44,016 nt of DNA. Source: an uncultured bacterium. Lineage in GTDB: Bacteria; Verrucomicrobiota; Verrucomicrobiia; Opitutales; Opitutaceae. Below are positions 25,732 through 34,330 of this stretch, piece after piece (the first letter of the stretch is position 1; every line of letters begins with the position of its first letter). A model generated the notes under the pieces. It ran no database searches. It was not told where the DNA came from and worked only from the letters and a program-made list of their open reading frames with translations. Both the position numbers and the translations under genes were made by a program. The stretch is from NCBI GenBank assembly GCA_967755055.1, contig CBRAFL010000001.1, forward strand, positions 1-44,016, written 5' to 3'.

Positions 25732-26694
25732 TCGCGCAGCTTGTCGCGAAGACATCCATGGCAGCGCGTCGAGGTCCACGTTGCCGCCTGTCAGAATGAT
25801 TCCCACGCGCTGACTCGCGAGGGCTACCTTGCCCGCCATCACGGCGGCGTAGGGTACGGCGGCGGAGGGTTCGATCACGATTTTCAGCGTCGCCCAAATC
25901 GCGCGCATCGCAGCGATGATTTCCTCGTCAGTGACGGTCACGACCGCGTCAACGTGTCGTTGCATGATCGCGAAATTGGGTTCTCCGATGCTGGTGCGCA
26001 GTCCATCGGCGATCGTGTTGGGGTGATCGACTGGAATGCGCCGACCGCTTGCGAACGATTGGGCGGCGTCGCTGGCGCCGGCGGGCTCAGCGGCGATGAC
26101 ACGAATTTCCGGCTTCAAACTTTTTGCGGCGATCGCTGTGCCAGCGAGCAACCCGCCACCTCCTACGGGACAAAGGACAACGTCGAGATCGGGAATCGTT
26201 TCGAGCAGTTCAATCACAGCGGTTCCTTGGCCGGCCATCACGCGCTCGTTGGTGAAGGGGTGGATCAGCACGGCACCCGTTTTATCCATGATCCGCGCGC
26301 AGGTCTCCTCACGGGCTTGAACCGTCGGTTCGCACAAGGTGATTTTTCCGCCGTAGCCTTCGACGGCGCGGATTTTTGTGAGCGTGGAATTCGAGGGCAT
26401 TACGATGTATGCGGGAACGCCGCGAAGCCGGGCGGCACGCGCGAGTGCCGCGGCGTGATTGCCGGACGAATGAGTCGCAACGCCTTGAGCGGCCTCGGCA
26501 TCGCTGAGAGAAAGAACCGCATTCGTGGCACCGCGGGCTTTGAATGCACCGGTCTTTTGAAAGTTCTCACACTTGAAAAACAGGGTCGCGCCCGCGGCTT
26601 GATCAAGGCGTGAACTCGTGAGCACCGGCGTCAGGTGGAGGTGAGGCCGGATAAGCCCATGGGCGAAGCGGATAGCGGAAAGATCGAGGGGCAT
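25723..26694 (-). CDS. PLP-dependent serine/threonine dehydratase or serine racemase
   Basis: FKCENFQKTGAFKARGA, SSGNHA, PVGGGGL, TIADGL, EPSAA, TGGNVD. Confidence 0.93.
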   Translation of the reverse strand: MPLDLSAIRFAHGLIRPHLHLTPVLTSSRLDQAAGATLFFKCENFQKTGAFKARGATNAVLSLSDAEAAQGVATHSSGNHAAALARAARLRGVPAYIVMPSNSTLTKIRAVEGYGGKITLCEPTVQAREETCARIMDKTGAVLIHPFTNERVMAGQGTAVIELLETIPDLDVVLCPVGGGGLLAGTAIAAKSLKPEIRVIAAEPAGASDAAQSFASGRRIPVDHPNTIADGLRTSIGEPNFAIMQRHVDAVVTVTDEEIIAAMRAIWATLKIVIEPSAAVPYAAVMAGKVALASQRVGIILTGGNVDLDALPWMSSRQAARSM

Positions 26695-27022
26695 GGGTGG
26701 GGAAACTATTCGAAAGAACCAGGGTTGTTTATCCGCCTATGGAAGAATCCGATGGGAACGCCTTTTCCGCCACCATCTTCCTCGAAACGAGGGAGGGGGG
26801 TGCAGGTATTTGCGCTGGGTCAGGGAAACCCCGATGCGGGTCAAAGCTGTTCAGAGGGATCATTCGGTTCCCGCCGCGGACTGTTGTCGGCAGGTCACTG
26901 AGCGAAATTCGTGACAGGGTAGCTCAGGGTCCAGACACAACACTACGCCAAGGAGGAAAGTCATGCTTTGAGAACAAAGGTTCAGATGTCAGCGAATTGA
27001 CTCAGTTTTGTAACACCACCAC

Positions 27023-28258
27023 ATGCAATTAGAACTCACGATCTTGATGCCGTGCCTGAACGAGGTGCGGACACTCGGCGTTTGTATTCAAAAGGCGCAG
27101 CAATTCCTCCGTCAGCACCAAGTGGCTGGAGAAATCATCATTGCTGACAACGGCAGCACGGATGGGTCGGTCGCTCTGGCTGAGCAACTCAACGCGCGGG
27201 TCGTGCGTGTACCGATTCGCGGTTATGGCGCGGCGCTGGCCGCGGGGATCGAAGCGGCTGCGGGCAAGTTCGTGATCATGGGCGACTCGGACGATAGCTA
27301 TGATTTTTCCGCGCTCATGGCGTTCGTCGAAAAATTGCGGGAGGGCTACGATCTGGTGATGGGGAATCGGTTTCGCGGTGGGATTGCGCCCGGAGCAATG
27401 CCGCTGTCACACCGCTATTTTGGCAACCCGCTGCTCAGTGCGATGGGTCGCACGTTTTTCAATTCGAGAGCCTGTGGTGATTTCTACTGTGGGCTGAGGG
27501 GATTCCGAAAAGAGGCGATTCAAAAGCTGAACCTGCAGAGTCTCGGGATGGAGTTTGCGTTGGAAATGCTGATCAAGGCAGGGATGAACGGACTGCGGGT
27601 CACAGAAGTTCCGACGACGCTCTCGCAAGACGGACGCGATCGCGCGCCGCATCTGCGCAGCTACCGGGACGGATGGCGGAGCCTCCGGCTTTATCTGTTG
27701 ATGAGCCCGCGTTGGTTTTTCGCGATTCCGGGAATGACGCTGCTGGTACTCGGCGGAATCGTGTCCGCGTTTTTGGCATCTGGACCGCAATTGGTAATGG
27801 GCGTGAAGTTCGATTATCACACGCTGAGTTACGCGACCGCCGCGATTATGTTGGGATATCAATCGCTGCTGTTCGCAGCGTTTGCCAAACTGATGGCGGT
27901 CGAAACGGGATTGCATCCCCCGGTGACCAAACTCTGGTTTCTCGAGAAACGATCGATATTCGAATGGCTGGTCGCAATCGGTGTCGTGCTTTGTCTCGCG
28001 GGGGTCGCGCTGGGAATTTTCGCGACGTGGGACTGGTCGGAAACCGGCTTCGGCGACCTGGACGCGTCGCGCACCATCAGGCCCGTTATTTTTTCCATTC
28101 TCCTTCTCGTGGTCGGCGGTCAGACAGCATTGGCCGGGTGTTTTCTTGGAATCATCAACCTCCTCGCGGACCGACGCGCGCAGCAAACGCTCAAGCAAAT
28201 TGGCGTGCTGCCGACCGCGGAACGTCCGTTGCCGGACTTGCATTCGGCGCATGCTTGA
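27023..28258 (+). CDS. GT2 polyprenol-phosphate glycosyltransferase (DPM-synthase-like) with C-terminal TM helices
   Basis: ILMPCLNE, ADNGSTDGS, RGYGAAL, MGDSDDSYD, GMEFALEM. Confidence 0.92.
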   Translation: MQLELTILMPCLNEVRTLGVCIQKAQQFLRQHQVAGEIIIADNGSTDGSVALAEQLNARVVRVPIRGYGAALAAGIEAAAGKFVIMGDSDDSYDFSALMAFVEKLREGYDLVMGNRFRGGIAPGAMPLSHRYFGNPLLSAMGRTFFNSRACGDFYCGLRGFRKEAIQKLNLQSLGMEFALEMLIKAGMNGLRVTEVPTTLSQDGRDRAPHLRSYRDGWRSLRLYLLMSPRWFFAIPGMTLLVLGGIVSAFLASGPQLVMGVKFDYHTLSYATAAIMLGYQSLLFAAFAKLMAVETGLHPPVTKLWFLEKRSIFEWLVAIGVVLCLAGVALGIFATWDWSETGFGDLDASRTIRPVIFSILLLVVGGQTALAGCFLGIINLLADRRAQQTLKQIGVLPTAERPLPDLHSAHA

Positions 28259-28306
28259 GAACTGCCGCAGACCAAGGCGAACGCTGGTTCTAATTATCCG
28301 ACTTAC

Positions 28307-30061
28307 ATGGGCGCCTCAACGAATATGACCCACGCCGGAATCGAACCGATGATTCCCGTCGTTTCGGCAAGACCGAAGGGGACGAAGGTCACCTGGCCAA
28401 GAGCGATCAGCGTGGCGGTGGTTACCGTGATGGTATTCGGACTTTGGGCACTTCGCTGGCAGGGGCCGATTGACCTCCGCTACGATGCCGCGGTTTATTA
28501 CGTTCTGGGCACTTCGCTCGCGTCGGGCCAGGGCTATCGGATCATCAGTGAGCCGGGCGCTCCGGCAGATATTCAATATCCACCTCTGCTGCCCGCGTTG
28601 ATCGCAGTTCATCAACGCGTGCTCGGCACGTCTGATTCGGCGGTCGTCGGGCCGTGGCTCCGCTGGACTTATGCGGTGATGTTTCTCGGCTACGGCTTGG
28701 CCGTCCTCGCTCTCGCACGTGCGCACGTGCGTCCGTGGCTGGCGTTGCTCGCGACGATCCTGTGTCTCGGACAAACGAATACATTATTGTTTTCCGATCT
28801 CCTGTTCACTGAGTTGCCCTTCGCGCTGGTTTGCGTCGGGTTCGCGTGGGTGTTGGGCACACGACGACTGGCCGATTATCCGCGGACGCGCGAGGGGCTG
28901 GCGTTCGCGCTGGCCGCGGCAGGTTTTTTACTGCGCACCGCCGGAGTCGCGTTGCTGGCGACATTCGTGATCGACGCGTTGCTGCGCCGGAAATGGCGGG
29001 TGGCCTGCATGCGTGCGGTGATGGTCGTTCTGCCGGTCGTGTGCTGGCAGGCGTACGTGTGGCGCGTCGAATCCGGCGAGGAATTTCGTCATCCGGCGTA
29101 CGCGTACCAGCGGGCCGACTATCAATTCTACAACGTCACGTACGCGCAAAACATGACGCTGCTCGATCCGTTCCGTCCCGAGTTGGGGCGCGTGACACCG
29201 GCGGCGTGGGTGTCGCGGCTTCGCGGAAATCTGGCGATTCTACCGGCGGTGGTGGGCGAGGCGGTCAGTGAGTCGATTGGCTTCTGGCGGGTCGCGTTGC
29301 GGGGAGAGCAGGAGAAGGGGCGACGAACGTTACTCGATGGACTGGCGCGAATTCCGCTCTATCTGCTCGCGGGGTTCGTGTTCACCGGCGGTGTAGTGCT
29401 CATGAAGAGACAGCGGTGGACGGGCGGGGTCTTCGTGGTTGTTTCGATCGTGCTCGCGTGCTCCACGCCCTGGCCGGAACAGCTGGGGCGATATTTTACG
29501 CCGTTGATTCCATTTTTCACGATCGCGGTGGTCGTGGGGATTGCGGCCGTTTACGGATTTCTGCGCGTGCAGCCACGAAGTCGCGTGGTGACGGTGGGCC
29601 GTATCGCGCTCGTCGGTTTTTGTGCCGTGGTTGTTTCAGTTCAGACTTTCGCGGCGTCGATGGTTTTTCATCTGCGGCATTATGAACCGGCGACGTCTGC
29701 CCCGGGACTGGGCCTCGATGCCCCGCGGTGGTTCTATTATGGAGCGAGTTGGGCTGACTGGGAAAAAGCGGTGCGGTGGGTCGGCAGTCACTCGGATCGC
29801 AACGACATCGTCGTGACGGCGTCGCCGCATCTTTGCTACCTTTGGACGGGACTGCGGGCGGTGATGCCGCCGATGGAAATCGATCCGGAAAAAGCACGGC
29901 GTTTGCTGGAAACCGTTCCGGCATCGTGGGTGATTGTGGACGAACTAAACGTACTGGAAATCTCACAACGCTACGCGCGACCGGCCGTTGAAAGTGATCC
30001 CGCGAACTGGCGCCTCGTGAATAAATTTGGCGGAGCGCAGGTTTATCAACGAATGAGGTAA
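28307..30061 (+). CDS. GT-C fold multi-TM glycosyltransferase (ArnT/PMT-like); start uncertain
   Basis: RYDAAVYY..SLASGQGY, YPPLLP, FTELPF, LLRTAGV; many TM segments. Confidence 0.78.
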   Translation: MGASTNMTHAGIEPMIPVVSARPKGTKVTWPRAISVAVVTVMVFGLWALRWQGPIDLRYDAAVYYVLGTSLASGQGYRIISEPGAPADIQYPPLLPALIAVHQRVLGTSDSAVVGPWLRWTYAVMFLGYGLAVLALARAHVRPWLALLATILCLGQTNTLLFSDLLFTELPFALVCVGFAWVLGTRRLADYPRTREGLAFALAAAGFLLRTAGVALLATFVIDALLRRKWRVACMRAVMVVLPVVCWQAYVWRVESGEEFRHPAYAYQRADYQFYNVTYAQNMTLLDPFRPELGRVTPAAWVSRLRGNLAILPAVVGEAVSESIGFWRVALRGEQEKGRRTLLDGLARIPLYLLAGFVFTGGVVLMKRQRWTGGVFVVVSIVLACSTPWPEQLGRYFTPLIPFFTIAVVVGIAAVYGFLRVQPRSRVVTVGRIALVGFCAVVVSVQTFAASMVFHLRHYEPATSAPGLGLDAPRWFYYGASWADWEKAVRWVGSHSDRNDIVVTASPHLCYLWTGLRAVMPPMEIDPEKARRLLETVPASWVIVDELNVLEISQRYARPAVESDPANWRLVNKFGGAQVYQRMR

Positions 30062-30079
30062 ACCAAACCCTTTTTCCTC

Positions 30080-31705
30080 ATGGTACTCACTCCCGCTCAA
30101 CTTTCATCCGCTCCCGGAGCAGCACCTGTGGCCGTGCCGTTGGCGGAGAGCGGACTCGTGTCCACACTTCGGATGCGCGAAGTTTATCGTGATCATTATT
30201 GGCGGACGCGTGATCCGATCGCGGGAGACCGGCTGTTGTGGCGCGCGCAAACGTTTCGTCACACCGTGCACCTGCTGCCGGGCGATACGATCCTGGAGCT
30301 GGGCTCGGGCGAAGGCCGGTTCACGAGGATTTTGTCGAAGGTCACACGTGGAGAAAATCCGATCACCGCCGTTCGTTTTCAAAGTGCGGGCGGAGACACG
30401 CCAGTGGAGGCGCTGCCGAATGTGGAACGTTTGGAAGTCGCTGCGCTTCCGGGCGTGCTCGCGAACCGTCGGTTCGATTGTGTGATTGCGATGGATATGC
30501 TGGACGGCGACAACGCGGCGGATCTTTTGCAGATCCTACTCGGCCTGCTCGCGCCGGGCGGCGAGGTGGTTTTCTACGAGAGCAATCCGTGGAACCCGGT
30601 GCTGGGTCTGCGGCGTGCGTTCACGCGCTGGGGCGGACGAAAGGATCCGCGCCGGCTGGTGAGTCGTCCGGATTTGTACGAGTTGATTTCGGAAATCGGC
30701 TTCGTGCGGGTTTACGCGGTCTATAACGATTTTGTTTTTGCGCCGCTCACGCGCTCGCTCGTGTGGTGGTTGAGAAATCTGTCGATTTTGTTGGAGAACG
30801 CGCCGGTTGTTTCGCGTATGGCGGGTTCGATTTTGTTGCACGCGCAAAAACCACCGCGCGTCCGCGAAGCATCAGGGAAGTCGTTGTTCGCGCACGAATC
30901 ACTGCGCCAGGCGGTGTCAGTCGTGATCCCGTGTCGCAATGAGGACATGAACGTCGGGCCGTTGGTGGAGCGGATTCTCGAACTCTATGGCGAGTATATT
31001 CACGAGGTGATTCCGGTAAATGATGGCAGCACGGATCGCACGGCTGAGGTGCTGCAAGCGCTGGCGAAGAAAGACGGCCGCGTCAGGCCGATCCATCGCC
31101 AGCCGCCGAATGGAGTGGGACGTGCGATTGCAGAGGGACTTCGCGCGGCGACCGGCCGGTACGTGCTGACGATGGACTGTGATTTTCAACATCTGCTCCC
31201 GGAGTTTCGCGATCTCTTCGATGCGGCGGAGGCGGGTTACGATGTCGTGATTGGCAGTCGTTTCTCGCGGCACAGCGTGTTGTTGAATTATCCGTTCATG
31301 AAGATCGTCGCGAATCGCGGTTTTCATACGCTGGCGCGTTGGACGCTCGGCTGGGCGTTTCGCGACGTGACGAATAATCTGAAACTGTTGCGTCGGGAAG
31401 TGGTCGCGGATCTTGAGCTCCTGCAGCCGGGTTTTGCGGTGAACGCGGAAACTGGAATCCAGCCATGGCTGCTCGGCTACAAAGTGCGCGAGGTTCCGAT
31501 CTCGTGGATCAATCGCACGCCGGGAATGGGCGCTTCTTCATTTCGGCTGGTCCGCGTGGGCGGCGGCTACTGGCAGGTTTTGTGGGGACTCTGGCTCAAG
31601 CGCACATTTGGAAAAGGCCCCTATCGCACATTGAAACGTCGCGGAGCGAAAACGGCTCCTGTTGCGCCCGCCGCAGACGAGGACGCGGGGTGCAGCCGAG
31701 TATGA
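30080..31705 (+). CDS. SAM-methyltransferase-like + GT2 glycosyltransferase fusion
   Basis: ILELGSGEG, FDCVI, LAPGGEVVFYE; then SVVIPCRNE, VNDGSTD, TMDCD, DVTNNLKL. Confidence 0.88.
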   Translation: MVLTPAQLSSAPGAAPVAVPLAESGLVSTLRMREVYRDHYWRTRDPIAGDRLLWRAQTFRHTVHLLPGDTILELGSGEGRFTRILSKVTRGENPITAVRFQSAGGDTPVEALPNVERLEVAALPGVLANRRFDCVIAMDMLDGDNAADLLQILLGLLAPGGEVVFYESNPWNPVLGLRRAFTRWGGRKDPRRLVSRPDLYELISEIGFVRVYAVYNDFVFAPLTRSLVWWLRNLSILLENAPVVSRMAGSILLHAQKPPRVREASGKSLFAHESLRQAVSVVIPCRNEDMNVGPLVERILELYGEYIHEVIPVNDGSTDRTAEVLQALAKKDGRVRPIHRQPPNGVGRAIAEGLRAATGRYVLTMDCDFQHLLPEFRDLFDAAEAGYDVVIGSRFSRHSVLLNYPFMKIVANRGFHTLARWTLGWAFRDVTNNLKLLRREVVADLELLQPGFAVNAETGIQPWLLGYKVREVPISWINRTPGMGASSFRLVRVGGGYWQVLWGLWLKRTFGKGPYRTLKRRGAKTAPVAPAADEDAGCSRV

Positions 31706-33279
31706 AGCGCTGGAAACTGCTCGCGGTCATATTGACGGCCATGCTGCTGATGCAAATAGGACTCGCGATGCGTCACAGTCTCTGGGCGGACGAAGTCTTT
31801 TCTTTGGCGATGGCGACGGGTCACAGCATGGAGCATCCTGCCGCCAAAGCGCAGCCGGTGTTGGGTGATTTCGTGGAGCGCGATCGTGTCGTCACAGCGG
31901 CGGAGTTGCGGCGGTATACGGAGTTTGGGGAACCCGTGGCAGGACCGGGGCGCGTGTTGCGCGCCGTGATGTTGTCGGACACGAGCCCACCGCTTTATTA
32001 TCTGCTGTTGCATGTATGGGCACGCATTTGGGGAGTGAGTGACATGGCGCTGAGGATGTTCTCGATTCTTTTGTCGCTGGGCTGTGTGCCGCTGATCATC
32101 GCTGTCGGACGAGAAGCGGAGGCAGAAAAAGCGGGATGGATCGCCGCGGTGTTGTTCGCGATGGCGCCGATGTCGCTCTACTATTCTTCCGAAGGGAGAA
32201 TGTATTCGCTGCTGTGGTTTTGCGTGCTGGCGTCGACTTATGCGACGGTGAAGCTTTACCGCGGAGCGAGCGAATGGCGCTGGCAAATTCTGTGGGTGTC
32301 GGCGGGGGCGGCGGGATTTCTCGTTCACTACTACTTTGTTTTTCCATGGGCGGCGACGGGGTTGTTCCTGCTCTGCTGTCCGGGCGCGGATCGCAGGCTG
32401 CGGCTGGTCGGGCGCGTGGCGGCGGTGGCGGTCCTGATCCTGCCTTGGTATTTGAAATTCACCGACACCCTGGCGCAGTGGAGAATCACTTCACACTGGA
32501 TGGAAATTAAACCGTCCGGCTACGTCCGTCCGCTGGTCGCGCGCGATTTACTGGTGCAATATTTTTCCGGATACGGACGTTACATCTGGCAGCCGCATCG
32601 CATCGCCGAGCTCGGGGTGTTGATCGTTTTCACGGTGGCGGGCTGCATCGCGCTTTGGCGCTGGCGCGCGCGGTTCTTTGCCGGGCCAAGGTTGTTACTC
32701 TGGATGTGGTTTCTTGCGGCGGGTTTCGGCCCGCTGGTGGCGGACATCGTTCGCGGCACGTATCTCGCGAGTTATCCACGTTACTCGAGCGCGGCGCTGC
32801 CTGCGGCCTGCCTGATAGGTGGAATGATCTTAAGCAGCGTGCGTGAAAGCGTCGCGTGGTTGGGCGTTTTTTTGATCGGACTCGGCTGGGCTCCGAGTGT
32901 GATGAGCATCTATCGGGGCCGCTCCCGGTCGAGCGAGCCGATGGCTGACATTGCTCGACACGTGAGCGCGTACGGCCGCGCCGACGACCTGATTCTCGTT
33001 CACTCCATTCCGACCGGGGCGATCGGACTGGCGCGGTACACCACGAGTCCGGCGGCGTTTGCAACGTGGGTTGGACAACTCGGTCAACGCAAAGTACCGG
33101 AGTCTCTCGTGACGCTGCTAAAGGACCGTGCGCGGGTCGTTTTCGTGAAAGTCCATGCGGTGGGCGAGCCCGCGCCGGAGGAAGTCTGGCTGCGAGAAAA
33201 CGCGATCGTGGTTAAAGAAAAGAGACTCGCCGAGGCATACATCACGGAGTTTCGGCCCCGAAATGCTGAACACTTTTGA
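31702..33279 (+). CDS. GT-C (GT39/PMT_2-like) multi-TM glycosyltransferase
   Basis: SLWADEVFS, DTSPPLYY, LRMFS, YYSSEGRMYSL; ATGA overlap with the previous gene. Confidence 0.85.
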   Translation: MKRWKLLAVILTAMLLMQIGLAMRHSLWADEVFSLAMATGHSMEHPAAKAQPVLGDFVERDRVVTAAELRRYTEFGEPVAGPGRVLRAVMLSDTSPPLYYLLLHVWARIWGVSDMALRMFSILLSLGCVPLIIAVGREAEAEKAGWIAAVLFAMAPMSLYYSSEGRMYSLLWFCVLASTYATVKLYRGASEWRWQILWVSAGAAGFLVHYYFVFPWAATGLFLLCCPGADRRLRLVGRVAAVAVLILPWYLKFTDTLAQWRITSHWMEIKPSGYVRPLVARDLLVQYFSGYGRYIWQPHRIAELGVLIVFTVAGCIALWRWRARFFAGPRLLLWMWFLAAGFGPLVADIVRGTYLASYPRYSSAALPAACLIGGMILSSVRESVAWLGVFLIGLGWAPSVMSIYRGRSRSSEPMADIARHVSAYGRADDLILVHSIPTGAIGLARYTTSPAAFATWVGQLGQRKVPESLVTLLKDRARVVFVKVHAVGEPAPEEVWLRENAIVVKEKRLAEAYITEFRPRNAEHF

Positions 33280-33291
33280 TTGGAAGCAAAC

Positions 33292-34155
33292 ATGACTGCC
33301 GACGTCCAGATTTCCGTACTGATTAACAATCGCGACAATGCGCGGTTCCTGCCGCGTTGCGTTGAATCGGTGCTCGAGCAGACGATGCGAGCAGACGAAG
33401 TGATTGTTTACGACGACGGGAGTACCGATGAAAGTCTCGCGGCGCTGGAAAGCTTTACCGGTCGTATTCGAGTGGTGAGCGGACCCGGAGGCGCGGGCAC
33501 GCCGATGCAAAATCAGGCTCATGCCATCGATGCGGCGTTTCGCGCATCGACCGGGAAATTTATTTTTCTGTTGGATTCAGATGATGCGTTTGGGCCGGAC
33601 CACATTCTCGCGTATATGAAAGCGTTTGGGAGTTCGGAGAAGATCATCATGGTCCAGGCGCCGTTGTGGAAAATTGACGAAGAGGGGCAGATCACCGGAT
33701 TGGAATATGATGAGCGGCGGCATGCGCAAAATTATCTCGAGCACATCTACACGAATCACGAGGTGAACATTTACTATCCCACCAGCTCGCTCGCGTTTCG
33801 ACGCAGCTATCTGGAGCAGCGACTGCCGCTCGATCAAAGCGACGGACTGCCGCTGTGGCCCGACGCGCGGCTCGCGTTAATCGCGCCGCACTTCGGCGAC
33901 ATCGTCACGCTGTCGGAGCCGCACACATTTTGGCGGCGCCATTCCCGATCACACACGGTCGTGAAGAAAACGTCCGTGTATGAGCAGGTGCGGTTGAATC
34001 GAAAATTCTACAATCAATTCTGCGCAAGTCGTGGACTCGCGCCGGTGCGCTCATGGCGGAGCCGTCAGCAGGTGAAACGCTGGCTGCGGCACATTTGTCC
34101 GCCGTTTCTGCTGGCACCGTATCAACAACTCGCGACGCGGCGCTTGCCGCATTGA
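33292..34155 (+). CDS. GT2 glycosyltransferase (soluble)
   Basis: ISVLINN, EVIVYDDGSTD, FLLDSDD, PTSSLAFRR. Confidence 0.9.
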   Translation: MTADVQISVLINNRDNARFLPRCVESVLEQTMRADEVIVYDDGSTDESLAALESFTGRIRVVSGPGGAGTPMQNQAHAIDAAFRASTGKFIFLLDSDDAFGPDHILAYMKAFGSSEKIIMVQAPLWKIDEEGQITGLEYDERRHAQNYLEHIYTNHEVNIYYPTSSLAFRRSYLEQRLPLDQSDGLPLWPDARLALIAPHFGDIVTLSEPHTFWRRHSRSHTVVKKTSVYEQVRLNRKFYNQFCASRGLAPVRSWRSRQQVKRWLRHICPPFLLAPYQQLATRRLPH

Positions 34156-34214
34156 GGAGAGTTCAATACGAGTTTTGTCATTGCGAAGGAGGCTTGCCGA
34201 CTGCGGCAAGCCAT

Positions 34215-34319
34215 CCACACACCCCGTCGCTGCGCGCCACCCCTCTTGCTAGAGGGGAATCCAATCATCCGCAGCCGAAGTCCCCTCTTGCAGAGGGGTG
34301 CCCGAAGGGCGGGGTGTGT
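34215..34319. repeat. Palindromic intergenic repeat between convergent genes
   Basis: ACACACCCCG..CACCCCTCTTGCTAGAGGGGA / TCCCCTCTTGCAGAGGGGTG..CGGGGTGTGT. Confidence 0.65.
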
Positions 34320-34330
34320 TGCCTTGTTCG

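Noticed and set aside
25741-26613. 290-aa plus-strand ORF
   Set aside because: Antisense shadow of the PLP enzyme
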